A stretch of 37,851 bases of DNA from Octopus bimaculoides. Taxonomy: Eukaryota. How positions within the stretch are numbered: the first letter of the stretch is position 1; the number at the start of each line of letters is the position of its first letter. The notes below the pieces were generated by a model. It was not told where the DNA came from. It searched no databases and saw nothing but the letters and a program-made list of their open reading frames with translations. Shown here piece after piece: positions 12,453-25,249 of the stretch. A program made the position numbers and the translations under genes. The stretch is taken from NCBI RefSeq assembly GCF_001194135.2, contig NC_068999.1:37300451-37338301 (forward strand), given 5' to 3'.

Positions 12453-13122
12453 AAATTTGTTTTGCTTCAAAGCATACCACAAAGGCAAGCCAATGAGGAA
12501 GCCTCTATATGGTTGCTCTACTTGCTAGAAATAACAACTAAACTATTTTACAATCATATCTTATTATCATAAGAAGGTGACATCACACTGGGCAATGTAG
12601 ATATAATAAAGATGTGATTGTCATGGTTGGAATGTTTTACTTTGAGGTCTGCTAAATCAGGGGGAAATTGAGGCTAAACAACATCACTGAGGTTCTAACA
12701 GAGTTTGAATTAGTGTCTGCATTGCTCAGTTCCTTAAACCCTACTGTTATTGTTTTACATTTTCATGTGATAGAAGGAATAATATCACTGAGAGTTGAAA
12801 TTAGATTTATAAACATTTATTTTCGATTATGGCAATATAAAATTCTACAAGAAAATGCTATAAAACTGTGGTGCATAAAACACATGATTTTTTACTTTTT
12901 TGTAATCACATAAAAACCATTGAAGACTTTGCATGGAGTGTTATTGTTAAATCAACCTCTTGGTGCCTTTCTCTTTACAACCAATATTTCGTTATTGTAT
13001 ATTCTAAATAGCAGCATTATTGGTATAGAAGTTTTCCAATAGGCTTATCACTAGTTCTAAATATGAGGACAATGAGAGATATGTGCATGTATGCAGTGCA
13101 CTGAAGATGTGTGTGTGTGTGT

Positions 13123-13353
13123 TATTTCTTTACTACCCACAAGGGGCTACACACAGAGGGGACAAACAAGGACAGACAAATGGATTAAGTCGATAATACC
13201 GACCCCAGTGCGTAACTGGTACTTATTTAATCGGCCCCGAAAGGATGAAAGGCAAAGTCGACCTCGGCTGAATTTGAACTCAGAACGTAGCGGCAGACGA
13301 AATACCACTAAGCATTTCGCCCGGCGTGCTAACGTTTCTGCCAGCTCGCCGCC
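13123..13353 (-). mobile_element. tRNA-derived SINE family B, full length, inserted in a (GT)n tract
   Basis: Reverse complement: ggcggcgagctggcagaaacg..gagttcaaattc..gtcgactttgcctttcatcctttcgggg..aaataagtaccag. The central segment resembles the Meta-type SINE core (from memory). Highly similar to 32464-32695. Confidence 0.9.
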
Positions 13354-14734
13354 ATCAGTGTGTGTGTACTTCATTATCATTATGATTATCGTTTTTACAT
13401 CTAATTTTCTATGCCAGTGTGGAAAAGCAGATGTAAAGACGATGATTATGATGATAATGAAACACATACATACACTACTAACTGACAATCCACTTGCTGT
13501 CATGGTAAGCATCCTCTCCAATTAATTTTAACTTCTAAAACTGTCTCCATTCTCAAAACGTTTTAGTATATTGTAAATATCTTTAGTTTTAATTATAATT
13601 TTAGAAGTAAATTGTATTTTATGTTTTGAGGAAAAAGTCATGAAATTCACACATCTATATCATCAGTTATCTTGTAATTAGATAGCAAGCTAAGATGTAC
13701 TTGAATTTCTTGAAAAGAATCATTTGTCTGCTTATGTATTTGTTGAAAATTTACAAAACATATGTAAAGATACCCCAACATTTGAGTTTGATGAAGCTAG
13801 TTAAGATAACAGAGTACTGAAAAAGAAAAAAAATATAATTAACAAGAGTAAAATATTTTAACAACTTTAAATTAATTGTGCAGCTGTCTGATGATTCTTG
13901 TATATCTACTGTATTTTGAGATATGTGTATGCGTGCGTACACACACACACACATCATTAAAAAAATGTCACATAATTAACAAATATACTCCATGAATAAA
14001 TAAACAAGAAAAGTGAGGAAACAAAACAAAGGCAAGTGATTTTTCTCTTCTTGTGTCAATGAGGCAGTTTCTGTCTGGTCATTCGATTAGTTAGAAATAA
14101 CAGCCAAAGTACACAAAAACCATCTTCTATAAAGAAGGATAGACTGGTACATCTTTGATCAAAGAGCTAGTTAACCATGGCTGACTTCTGGCTAACCAGC
14201 AATGTAGCAATGGTTTGCAATTCTCTTACAACTGACAGAAGTTGACTGGCATTTTGGAAAGATGTAACAATTACAATATTTCTCATAAATCATTATATAA
14301 TAAAAGAGATTTTTCTTTCTTTTTTGCAAGTGAACTTGACTATTTCAAATTTAAATATCTTGTATATAAATATATTGAAATGTTGTTAAAGCTCTCCCAT
14401 NNNNNNNNNNNNNNNNNNNNNNNNNNTTTTGCAAGTGAACTTGACTATTTCAAATTTAAATATCTTGTATATAAACATATTGAAATGTTGTTAAAGCTCT
14501 CCCATATCAGAACAGATTTGGAGTTAAAAATTGAATTCTGACATGTCAGCAATGAGATTAGAACCACCAGTTAGAAGACTGGTAGTCACTATCAATGAAC
14601 TATCAGCAGCTTTCCAAATGTTGTGTAGACATGTGATTCCAGGTGCTATAATATGGTTATGTTGTCAGCTTTTATGTGGAAACATATTTTCAATAATTCA
14701 ATCTGCAACTGTTTTTTTTAAACAATCTTGTTCA

Positions 14735-14776
<42 letters not shown>

Positions 14777-15329
14777 AAAATTTGAAACTACCAGTTTTCC
14801 CTTTACATTCTGTTTACTATGATGAATCCCCACCCTGCCAACACCACCACCATTATTATTGTTTTAGTCATTCTCATTGCATTTAATTACTTTGCTGTTA
14901 CTAAATACATAGTAGAATAGAAGGTTGCTAACCACAGTACACCACAGTTATATGGCAGAGCGCAATGCTTTATCTAATTGGACATTGCTTTTCTTCAATA
15001 TTACAATATCATATGCTTTTTAGCCCCGGGTCAGACTTATGATCAAATGTACTTCAGTTATGACCATCACATCCTTCTAGTTCAGATAGTATATCTACAA
15101 CTACAATAGCCAATGTGTTTTTTTCTTTTAGAGACACTGAAGAAATGATTTAAAGAGATTTGGTTGCTATTTCCAGCAGGTCATGCAACTATATAAAACA
15201 TTCCTCCCTCCTTAGCTCAACCAAATCATACAGTTGTTGTTGTTGTTTAGTCCCCGGTGAACCCTGACTAAGTCAACCAATGATCAAAGGAATTCAAGCT
15301 GTAACCATTCCATCTTTGGTTGACATTCA

Positions 15330-15800
15330 ATGAATCATAAAGTTCAGAGTAGATACAGGCAACATCAATACAGTATCAGTTGATCTCTGCAGACACACCA
15401 GAATCAGGCCTGATGAATGAGCAAAGGTTCGCTTCTATGACATCCTCTTGCAGACTGTCTTGATGACAGGTGATGCTGACCTCACTTCAGTGGCTGATCA
15501 TTTGAAAGGATATAAGTGGATAATACCATGATGTCTATTCCAGTGTACGTGGAAGCTATGAATAAAGTGGGATCGATGATGTTAGAGATCTTCATGCAAA
15601 TGATCCAACCATTTGCCAACTGAAGGAAATTGACCATCCAAATTGAATCACCTAAACAGTCAGATGAATATGTTCACCAAGTAGACTTCCTACTTATTAA
15701 TGGGGACAGAGGATTGCTTGTGAATACTAGGCTATCTCCTAATGACCAATGCTTAACATCAACATGTGGTAAGTGACATCAGAGTAAGATCTATGCCAAT
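15330..15800 (+). mobile_element. RTE LINE APE-endonuclease remnant, heavily decayed
   Basis: VRFYDILLQTV..DADL, HANDPTIC and QVDFLL pieces align with the better-preserved 20450-21235 copy. Confidence 0.65.
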
Positions 15801-16014
15801 CCTTCCCTGACTCGAGGGTCTTGTCTCTCTGAGGGTAGGAGAAAGGTCCAAGGAAGAAAGGAAGAAAAAAAAGGGTGTATGATGTCTGTAATGGGGCATA
15901 AATTTATTCATTTATGCATAAATTTATGCAATATCACTATCAGGCAGTGGTAAATTATAGTTCATGAACACTCATAACTGGTTTTGTGTCAAGTTAAATT
16001 AAACCACTATTGAC

Positions 16015-16065
<51 letters not shown>

Positions 16066-16707
16066 AGCTATTTATTCACTCCACCGATTGGAAAAATCAA
16101 CTAAATATCTCTTATGCCAGGTTCTTTTCTCTTAAAAATAGGAAGGACATGTTAGATAATATAGTTCTTGATACATTATGCTAGAAACGAAATGAAGATG
16201 AGATAGTGGCAGCTCAAATAACTTTGACCTGTTTATATGAAATTATATAAGTCACCATTCAATAAATTAATTATGTCTCCAACATGACTAAATATGTTTT
16301 ACATACAGGAAGTTTTATTGCACTACTTTTGTTTTTTGTTTTTCTTTTTTGTCCAAATGGATTATTCAATATGTGTGGTGGAATATAACTTGTGTCATAT
16401 GCCAGATATATATTAAATTATTTACTTGCTCAATGTGATGCTAGATATATAAATATAGTGTATGAGAGAAATAACAACAGAATAGAGTGTCAAAAGAGCA
16501 GCTAGCATATCTTGTAAATGATATTGCATTGGGTTCATGATGAGGTCTCTTAAATCTGACAAGATCAAGACTTTGAGTTAATCAAGAATGGAAATTTGTA
16601 AGGTTCATGCCTTCCCCACCCCTACCCACAAACATAACATGTCTTGCAAACAAAAACAACTGCAATAAACCCCTACTTGTTTTAAAAGATGTCTATTGTT
16701 AACTTAC

Positions 16708-16797
16708 GTGTTATCTAAATGATTAGTTTTTTGCTCCTCAAATATCTTTAATGTATTCTTTATGTTGTCTCTTTGTTTTTGGATTTGATCTTCTAAA
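16708..16797 (-). CDS. Host gene exon, 90 nt, phase 2-2, LEDQIQKQRDNIKNTLKIFEEQKTNHLDN(T), coiled coil
   Basis: Acceptor aatctttttgtttcAG, donor ac|GTAAGT; charged peptide with heptad pattern. Confidence 0.85.
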
Positions 16798-19426
16798 CTG
16801 AAACAAAAAGATTACATTTAGCTATAGTCTGCAGTCATATATTTTTTACCTTATATTTGACATATAACCATTTCCAGACAAGAAGTAGATAAGTCAATGA
16901 GGCAGCTATTATGGGATTACTTAAACAAGACACATTGGATAATGTAGTCTTAGACATAGTTCTAAGCTGGAATGCTTTGATCAATCAGAGTTGACTTGAA
17001 GCCAAAAAACAACAACAACCAATCCCAGTCAGAGAGCTTTGTGATGGTTCCATGCTAGAAACAATAGCCAAGTTTCCCTCGGATCACACCCAGCATCTCA
17101 AACCAGAGAGGGACATAGAAAAGCATTCTATACATTGTTTTTTTTTTTAATATAAAATAGAATAGGCCATACATGATGGATCAATGGTTTTGAACATAGT
17201 TCTGTCCAAACAGGTCAATCCTGGTGTTAAACAACATCAAAAATTAAAGGACAAGGATGCTATGTCAATTCTATTATTTATACCTAATTTTGCAGTAAAT
17301 TTGTAGTCTGAATTGAAGGTATTTCAGTTTAGTAACCTGTTCCACTCATACTCTGTTTAATGTGACATCAACCATAACAGCTTCCCTACAAATTTTAAGG
17401 TGTTCTCATTAGAACCTCTTGCTGCATATGAAAATTTGTATTTATTGATTACTTTTATGACATTGATGATCCAGGTATTGATTCATGGATATTGTTTTTG
17501 ATAAACTTGGATATGCTGCAAGTTTCACCATCTGTATAAAGATGTCAATTGAGAGCTGTCCTTTTGTCAAATGATTCCATTTCTAAATCAAGTAACCGTA
17601 TGGCACTTTGAATGAATCTTCGAAGGTTACCATACAAACTAGTTATACCTCACCAGCCACAACGTTGTAAATCACTCAAATGTACATCAGGAATAATCAA
17701 AAGAGTGCTTGAGAAACTAGAAAAACAACCATTTATGATAGTTAGTATATGGGGATAAATTGGTGGAATTGAAAGGAAACTGTCCATAGACGGGTACTTA
17801 AGGAAGAGAAATAGATCAGAAGGAATATTCCTAACATTAACCTCTACTTAAAGGGTACTGGATGATGATAAAATCTATAATCATAAAACTGAAACAAGTA
17901 GCTTTCATTAAACAATAGTAACTGAAACAAATATATCACTTTAAGCAGTATATTTCTTTTACATATTAAAGCTACTGCCCAATTTAACAGTTTTAGTATG
18001 AAATATTTTTGGCAATCTCAAGCTTTTGTTTCCAATGTTGAAAAAATAAATAAAAAATATTTCTAATAAATTGCTCAGCAGTAAATTTGCAAACAGTTAA
18101 AATGAATAAACTAACAAAACAATTTAATAAAATGAGTTCTTCCATTTTCCTACTCTTTTATTGAGTTTGGATACAATGACACTAAACTGAATTGAATGTT
18201 AAGTTTAAAGAAAAATATCATTTCTCTTTCTAAAGGCTGCTAAAGATGTTTCTGGAGAAACTACAATTTTATAGATTAGAGGCTGCTTCACAATACAATA
18301 GAAAATATCTTTGAAATGATTCCCAAGTGTTTGGGTGTTACAAATCATTAGTGTCAAATGAAGATGACAAGAAGATGGGATTTGTTTCCGAGATTTAATT
18401 TTATTAGATATTGATTGTGATTAACTCTTTACTATGTTTATTAGGGTATCCCTTTGATTCAAATTAATGGTAAGAGAACACAATTAAAACATCAATATAA
18501 CTATTACAACTGATGAGAAACGATGGCAATACAAAACATACGTTTTTTTTTGTTTGTTTCATTCATTTTACTTTTGTTAGTTTCATTGTCTCTTCATAGA
18601 AAAATATGACATTTCTGAATTGTTTGTGAAACACAAATTTTTCCATAGAGTTTTCTGTGTTATTTCTATAATATATTTACTGAGAGAAGTAGAATCAAAA
18701 TTTCTTGCAGTCAGTTTATGTGTATGTGTATGTGTATGGTGTATGTAAGTACACACACACACACGCACACACAAATACACACATATGTGTGTGTGTGTGT
18801 ATGTATGTATGCATGTATGTATATATAAATATATATGTATTTCCTACTGGATAAATATGCTTAAAAAGAACATTTGCATGCCATCCATCATATGCAGTCT
18901 GCAAAGCAATGAAATGTTTGTTAATTGCAGAGAGCTCTCTCTCTCATTACAACAGCAAGTGGTATCTATTGATTGTCTCTATTTGCAGCTCGGATGATTG
19001 ATCTGGCAAGAATTCAGAGGCTTGGTTATATTGCTAAAATAATTAATCTGCTGAATAGTAGCTCATAATTTTTATTAAGAGACCATATTTGAGAAAAGAC
19101 TAGATTTCTTTAAATAGTTGATGACTCAACATGAAGGAATATGATTTTGGTCGTACAGGATCTTATCAGATTTCAACTAAATCTGAAATGGTCACACTTT
19201 GGTTACTAATGTGTTATCTTTTGTTTTAAGTTGGGATAACTTTAGAATTATGTTACTGTAATGCAAACTAAATTTTCGTCTATACAAGCAACTTAGATAA
19301 CATAATATTGAATTAACTAAAACAAGCAATATATAATGATTTTATTTTACAAATACACATGATTAAGGAATTAGAATTTGCTTTTCCAAAAAATTACCAT
19401 TGCTATTTCTCTCATTGTCATCGCTG

Positions 19427-19458
<32 letters not shown>

Positions 19459-19484
19459 TAATGTCTACTTTTCCATGCCTGCAT

Positions 19485-19733
19485 ATCATCATCATCATCA
19501 TCATCATCGTTTAACGTCCGCTTTCCATGCTAGCATGGGTTGGACGATTTGACTGAGGACTGGTGAAACTAGATGACTACACCAGGCTCCAATCTGATTT
19601 GGCAGAGTTTCTACGGCTGGATGCCCTTCCTAACGCCAACCACTCAGAGAGTGTAGTGGGTGCTTTTACGTGTCACCCGCACGAAGGCCAGTCAGGCGGT
19701 ACTGGCAACGGCCATGCTCAAGATGGTATATTT
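19485..19733 (-). mobile_element. SINE family C, young copy running into an N gap
   Basis: Reverse complement gcgttaggaagggcatccagccgtagaaactctgccaaatcag..ccatgctagcatggaaagcggacgttaaac(gat)n. It abuts a second, older family C tail at about 19430-19484. Confidence 0.9.
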
Positions 19734-20160
19734 NNNNNNNNNNNNNNNNNNNNNNNNNNNNNNNNNNNNNNNNNNNNNNNNNNNNNNNNNNNNNNNNNNN
19801 NNNNNNNNNNNNNNNNNNNNNNNNNNNNNNNNNNNNNNNNNNNNNNNNNNNNNNNNNNNNNNNNNNNNNNNNNNNNNNNNNNNNNNNNNNNNNNNNNNNN
19901 NNNNNNNNNNNNNNNNNNNNNNNNNNNNNNNNNNNNNNNNNNNNNNNNNNNNNNNNNNNNNNNNNNNNNNNNNNNNNNNNNNNNNNNNNNNNNNNNNNNN
20001 NNNNNNNNNNNNNNNNNNNNNNNNNNNNNNNNNNNNNNNNNNNNNNNNNNNNNNNNNNNNNNNNNNNNNNNNNNNNNNNNNNNNNNNNNNNNNNNNNNNN
20101 NNNNNNNNNNNNNNNNNNNNNNNNNNNNNNNNNNNNNNNNNNNNNNNNNNNNNNNNNNNN

Positions 20161-20320
20161 ATGCTAGGTTTATTTTAATTTCTATCAACCAAATTTACTC
20201 ACAAGGCTTTTTTTAAACCTAGGGCTATAGTAGAACACGTTTGCCCAGAGTACCATGTAGTGGGACTGAACCTGAGACAACATCTTTAGGAACAAAGCTT
20301 CTTAACCACACAACCATGCT
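20161..20320 (-). mobile_element. SINE family A, 5' half, diverged
   Basis: tactcacaaggc..ggctatagtagaacac.ttgccca..gtgggactgaacc..cttaaccacaca is the reverse complement of the family A head. Confidence 0.8.
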
Positions 20321-20449
20321 TTTCCTTAATTTATATCTATAACATTGATAGACTTCCAAGGAATAGACTCCTGTTGATGTCACTTTGAAGAGATCAGAAA
20401 TGCTGCAATGTCTCCTCTAGACCAATAAAAGGACATGAATTTAGAATCG

Positions 20450-21235
20450 CAGTTGTATTTAAGAGCAGCCATGCATCCTGCTCCCTGGAGAGAATGTAAT
20501 CGATCTGGCTGGTGTAGCCACCTGGTTAGTAGGTTATCAGGTGCCTGGTCAGCTTCCTGAAGTTGGTGTTGCAGATCAATAGGTTATTTGCATTGCAAAA
20601 CTCCAGCAGCCTTGTTCCCTCTTCATTTTGTGAACCAATTCCATGGTCTGCATGTATACCATTGAAAATATCAGGCTGCCGTCTGACATGCCCATTGAAA
20701 TTCCCAGCCAAAAAATGAGATCCTTGACATTCATCTTAGAGGTAGCCTGCAGGAGAATATCATAAAAATGGTCCTTCTGTTCATTTAGTAAGCCCACTTG
20801 TTGGGCATAAGAAGGGATAATTGATGCTATGCTATTCTGCAAGACTAGCCTGAGCTTAAGCACTCTATCACTCACTCTGACTACCTCTATGACTTTATCC
20901 ACCTATTTCCCTGCAAGAAGTATGGTCACACCGCCCACCCCATCACTGTTACCTTTCCAAAAGATTTTATACCTATGTGTCTGGCCTGTAAGGAACCTGG
21001 ACGAAGCTCCTCTCCACTCTTTACCTCTTGGATGTAGCATACATTAACACACGACCATTGAAGCAGCTCAGCAATCTCACTAGACCTACATTTCAATGTG
21101 CCTACATTAACAGTGCCAACCCTGAGAACTGGGTAAGGGGTGCAAGAGGGAACATGGGCAGGAGAGATGGTATTAGGCACCTGAAAAGACAGTTTCAGTG
21201 ATCGTTTGGTAACAGACATGTCACATCAGTTCGTC
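20450..21235 (-). mobile_element. RTE LINE 5' region encoding APE-type endonuclease, frameshifted
   Basis: LRVGTVNVGTL..IQEV, VIEVVRVSDRVLKLRL..SYAQQVG..KDHFYDILL, AGNFNGHV..NEEGTRLLEFCNANNLLICNTNF..ITY..SQIDYIL spread over three ORF-track frames. Confidence 0.9.
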
Positions 21236-21614
21236 TTGCTTTAACATACCATCATTTAAACATGTTAAAATTGTTCTCCATGTTGGTAGCGAGTAGTGTC
21301 GTAAATATAAGAATTACTGCTGCTAATATAAATAGGCCAATGTATAAATTTATTAATTATATAGAGGATCTGCTATTGGTTAGTCCATTATATATAGGGA
21401 GAAAGAAGTAGGTGGTTTGTTAATTTACTAATAATTTCCTAAGTAACATATCACCTTTTGGTGCATGTAGTAGTGTGGGCGATTGTTGGCAGTGGGGAAG
21501 GAGGGACGAAGGTATGCAAGTCTTCTGGTACAGAAGTGAGGCAGAGTTCTGGTATTGAGAATAGATTCCCGGTATAGGTGGTGGGAGTGAGAATGGGCAG
21601 ACATATTGTGGACA

Positions 21615-21775
21615 AGCAATGGTCAGTTTACTATTATTGGGGAGAGAGACATGACAACAGAGAGACATAAGTAAAACAAGAATGCATACAAATTTTAACA
21701 GTGGCCAGTTTGCTATCATTGAAGAGAGGGACATAAATAAAACAAGAACGCATACAAATTTTACCAATGGCCAGT
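21615..21775. repeat. Short tandem duplication, unit about 65 bp, about 2.5 copies
   Basis: Repeated tggccagttt.cta.(c/t)att....agag.gaca and aaaacaagaa.gcatacaaatttta. Confidence 0.7.
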
Positions 21776-22537
21776 GTACATATGCACATACATGTATTTT
21801 GAGATCAGGTGTCGCTTATATTTCAAATGAGTTAAAATATAACTGAAGCCAAAAGAAAAACGCCATGCCTATGTTAAATTTGAACTTCTAGTGTATATTG
21901 TAATCAAGAGTCCATTTCTTTATGCACTCAGTAACACTGTTTTCACTGTGACCACTATAGCAATATCTTCATTATGCACTAATTGTTAATTGACTTAGAA
22001 TAACATTTAGTGCTGCAGTTTGTAGTTAGAAATTAATGCATACCCTAAGGAAAACCAGGTGTGTATTCATTTGTATTTACAAATTTGGGGGAATAGGCTG
22101 TTTGAAGTATAGATAAAAATCTTTTGCAGTGTTGCTTTTATTGTTGGTTGTTCTTGTTGATAAGTGAACAACAAAGTTTATGCATGCAAAAGTTCAAAGA
22201 CCTAAACACAGCAGGGGTGGTGGTGCTAGATGACTAGTTTGATTAATATCAATAATAACAGAGTGGGCATAAGATCAAACTCCCATTAAAACATTGTAAA
22301 AGGTTGGCTTAAGAAATCAAAAAGCAAAGAAAGTGATAAAACTAAGCTTATATATACTTGCATACACATTACATATACATTACAGTATATAACCTTCATG
22401 CACAAACAGTATGCAAGTTAAAAGTAGAAAGAAAATATGCTAATAAATTAGATAGGAAGTATATGAAATTTAATTTATTGATATTTCAAAGAATTCAAAA
22501 CAATATTGTACTTTATAAATAGAAAATAACAATTAAC

Positions 22538-22592
22538 CTTAAGATCTGGCTTTGGGTCTGCGCTACTTTATGATATCCAACTTGAAGAGTCA
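22538..22592 (-). CDS. Host gene exon, 55 nt, phase 1-2, (V)TLQVGYHKVAQTQSQIL(S)
   Basis: Acceptor ttttttttttcttctttacAG, donor aag|GTTAAT. Only one open frame, and it matches the phases of the flanking exons. Confidence 0.75.
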
Positions 22593-22853
22593 CTGTAAAG
22601 AAGAAAAAAAAAATAATGAAATGAAATATAAGAATTTATATAAGTGTTGTAACGTAATTGCGATGCACAATAAATAAGATAAGCAGACAACAATAAAAAC
22701 AATGTAACAAACTAAAAAATTTCCATATCAACAAATATCAAGAGCAGTGCTTTCTTTTTTTTTGCAAAGCACTTATCACACACATATAATATAATATATA
22801 TATACATATATTGTTTATATATTACACATCCTCGTTTATATAGTATCATTATA

Positions 22854-23010
22854 ATCATCATCATCATCGTTTAACGTCCGTTTTCCATGCTGGCATGGGT
22901 TAGACAGTTCGACTGGGATCTGGGAAGCCAGGAGGCTGCACCAGGCTCCAATCTGATCTGGCAGTGTTTCTACAGCTGGATGCCCTTCCTGACGCAAACC
23001 ACTCCGAGTG
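22854..23010 (-). mobile_element. SINE family C, 5'-truncated
   Basis: (cat)n-cgtttaacgtccgttttccatgctggcatgggtt..ctggatgcccttcctgacgc. Confidence 0.9.
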
Positions 23011-25249
23011 TGTATATACATATTTATTTAATTAAAGCATATATATTTCTGTTACTTACCTTACGTATGTATACACATGTCTACCTATCTACCAAGCATT
23101 CTATGTGTGTATGCACATGTGTGTGTGCATGTGTCTGTGTGCATGCATGTGTACACCTGAGTATGTGAAAGTGCAAAATACAATGAAAAATAAAGCAACT
23201 GACACAAATATATCGAGAAAACAGAGTAACATAAATTATAGGATAATTAATCAATAGAAGCTTCTATATTGCTGTAATTAATGTTTACGAAGTCATTTTA
23301 TTGAACAAAAAGAAAATTGATAAATGAGGTGGTAATTATTTTCTTCATTTAGCTTAGAGATTTTAATGTTAGGTTTCCTGAGCAGCCTGCCCTCTGCTCC
23401 ACTCCCACTCATATTGATTTTTTTTTATTGTTGATACTACATATATATATATATGTACACACATACAGCACACACACACACACAGACAAACATATGCACA
23501 TACATACACACTCAAATTTATACATATTTATCTGTGTGTATACTTGTACACGTATACACACAAGCCTTGTGATTCTGAGAAGAAATTATACAAACAAAAC
23601 AAAGCAAAAAAAAAGAAAAAATGAAATTATCCCATTCCCACCCCATACCTACCCAGTAAATATTTCAGAGAATTCAATCAGGAGTGAATGAATGAAAGCA
23701 AATGAAATTCATCACAAAGATGTAACCTTTAAAATAATTTTTTTCATCATATGTGCATGGTTAATTGCAATGAGGCTAATTTTAATCAACCACATACATG
23801 TGTGTGTCCGTGTGTGTGTGTAACAGATATATATATATATATATATATATAAACAAATAATAAATGAGTATATACATATATACGTACAGGTATGCGCATA
23901 CCTACGTCTACCTGTATATATAGGTGCATATCTGGGTACAGGGCATTGCAAACAAAACGTAGACAAGAAAATAATAATAACCAGAGTACAGAAAACACAC
24001 AAGCCACATAGAGAACATTTTCCTTCCANNNNNNNNNNNNNNNNNNNNNNNNNNNNNNNNNNNNNNNNNNNNNNNNNNNNNNNNNNNNNNNNNNNNNNNN
24101 NNNNNNNNNNNNNNNNNNNNNNNNNNNNNNNNNNNNNNNNNNNNNNNNNNNNNNNNNNNNNNNNNNNNNNNNNNNNNNNNNNNNNNNNNNNNNNNNNNNN
24201 NNNNNNNNNNNNNNNNNNNNNNNNNNNNNNNNNNNNNNNNNNNNNNNNNNNNNNNNNNNNNNNNNNNNNNNNNNNNNNNNNNNNNNNNNNNNNNNNNNNN
24301 NNNNNNNNNNNNNNNNNNNNNNNNNNNNNNNNNNNNNNNNNNNNNNNNNNNNNNNNNNNNNNNNNNNNNNNNNNNNNNNNNNNNNNNNNNNNNNNNNNNN
24401 NNNNNNNNNNNNNNNNNNNNNNNNNNNNNNNNNNNNNNNNNNNNNNNNNNNNNNNNNNNNNNNNNNNNNNNNNNNNNNNNNNNNNNNNNNNNNNNNNNNN
24501 NNNNNNNNNNNNNNNNNNNNNNNNNNNNNGAAGAACGAGAGGGCTAAAGAGAGATACGTAGTAGTAATAGAGGAAGAACGAGAGGGGGGAAAAGTGATAG
24601 AGAAAGAGATAGAGTCGCGACAGAAAATATAAAGTTGAAAACTACTTACAACAGGGATGACGCAGGCGTTCGAGCATGTAAAACAAATAATAAATGAGTA
24701 TATGCATATATACGTACAGGTATGTGCATACCTATGTCTACCTGTATATATAGGTGCATATCTGGGTACAGGGCATTGCAAACAAAACGTAGACAAGAAA
24801 ATAATAATAACCAGAGTACAGAAAACACACAAGCCACATAGAGAACATTTTCCTTCCAAATGTTTTGCTGTCGCCTGTTATGTTTTTGTTCCATTTTTGG
24901 TTTTGATTCATATATACACATATAGCGGTGTACATACACTTTTGGTCTCCTGTACATAAGTACATATATATATCTAAATTCCGTACGCCTCTTACTCTTT
25001 CCTTTAGCCCCTTCACACCTTCTTTGTTCCTTCCACTTTTCTTTTTCTCGCTCTCACCGTCTCTCACATTTCTTGGCACTCCCTTCGTTCTTACCACTTT
25101 CCCTCCTCCTTTACCTCACTTTGTCCCTTTCCTTTTTTTCTCTCTTTCTCGACCCTCCCTAATTCTTCAATGCTCTCCTTTCATGTGACTGGTGTTTGAC
25201 CAAGCCTGACCGTTCTTTCTTGGTTCGACTACCATCTCCTTTTCTAATT

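Noticed and set aside
13760-13845. Very strong minus-strand acceptor (ttttttttctttttcAG)
   Set aside because: The phase-2 frame required at this position stops after four codons and no good donor follows.
14322-14505. 79-bp direct duplication on both sides of a 26-N gap
   Set aside because: One mismatch and a position across a gap indicate an unmerged allelic overlap, not a real tandem repeat.
17365-17410. AUGA...AAAA hairpin downstream of the UGA-containing frame as a possible SECIS
   Set aside because: Helix is only about 8 bp and the 3' GA of the non-Watson-Crick quartet is missing.
18510-18520. CTGATGA directly followed by GAAA (also CTGATGA at about 15410 and 29405)
   Set aside because: No stem II or other stems can form; the latter two lie within RTE and SINE remnants.
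23851-24858. 178-bp duplicate (23851-24028 and 24681-24858) with three substitutions
   Set aside because: Copies straddle a 500-N gap, so haplotype or scaffolding artefact is the simplest explanation; long reads would be needed to revive it.
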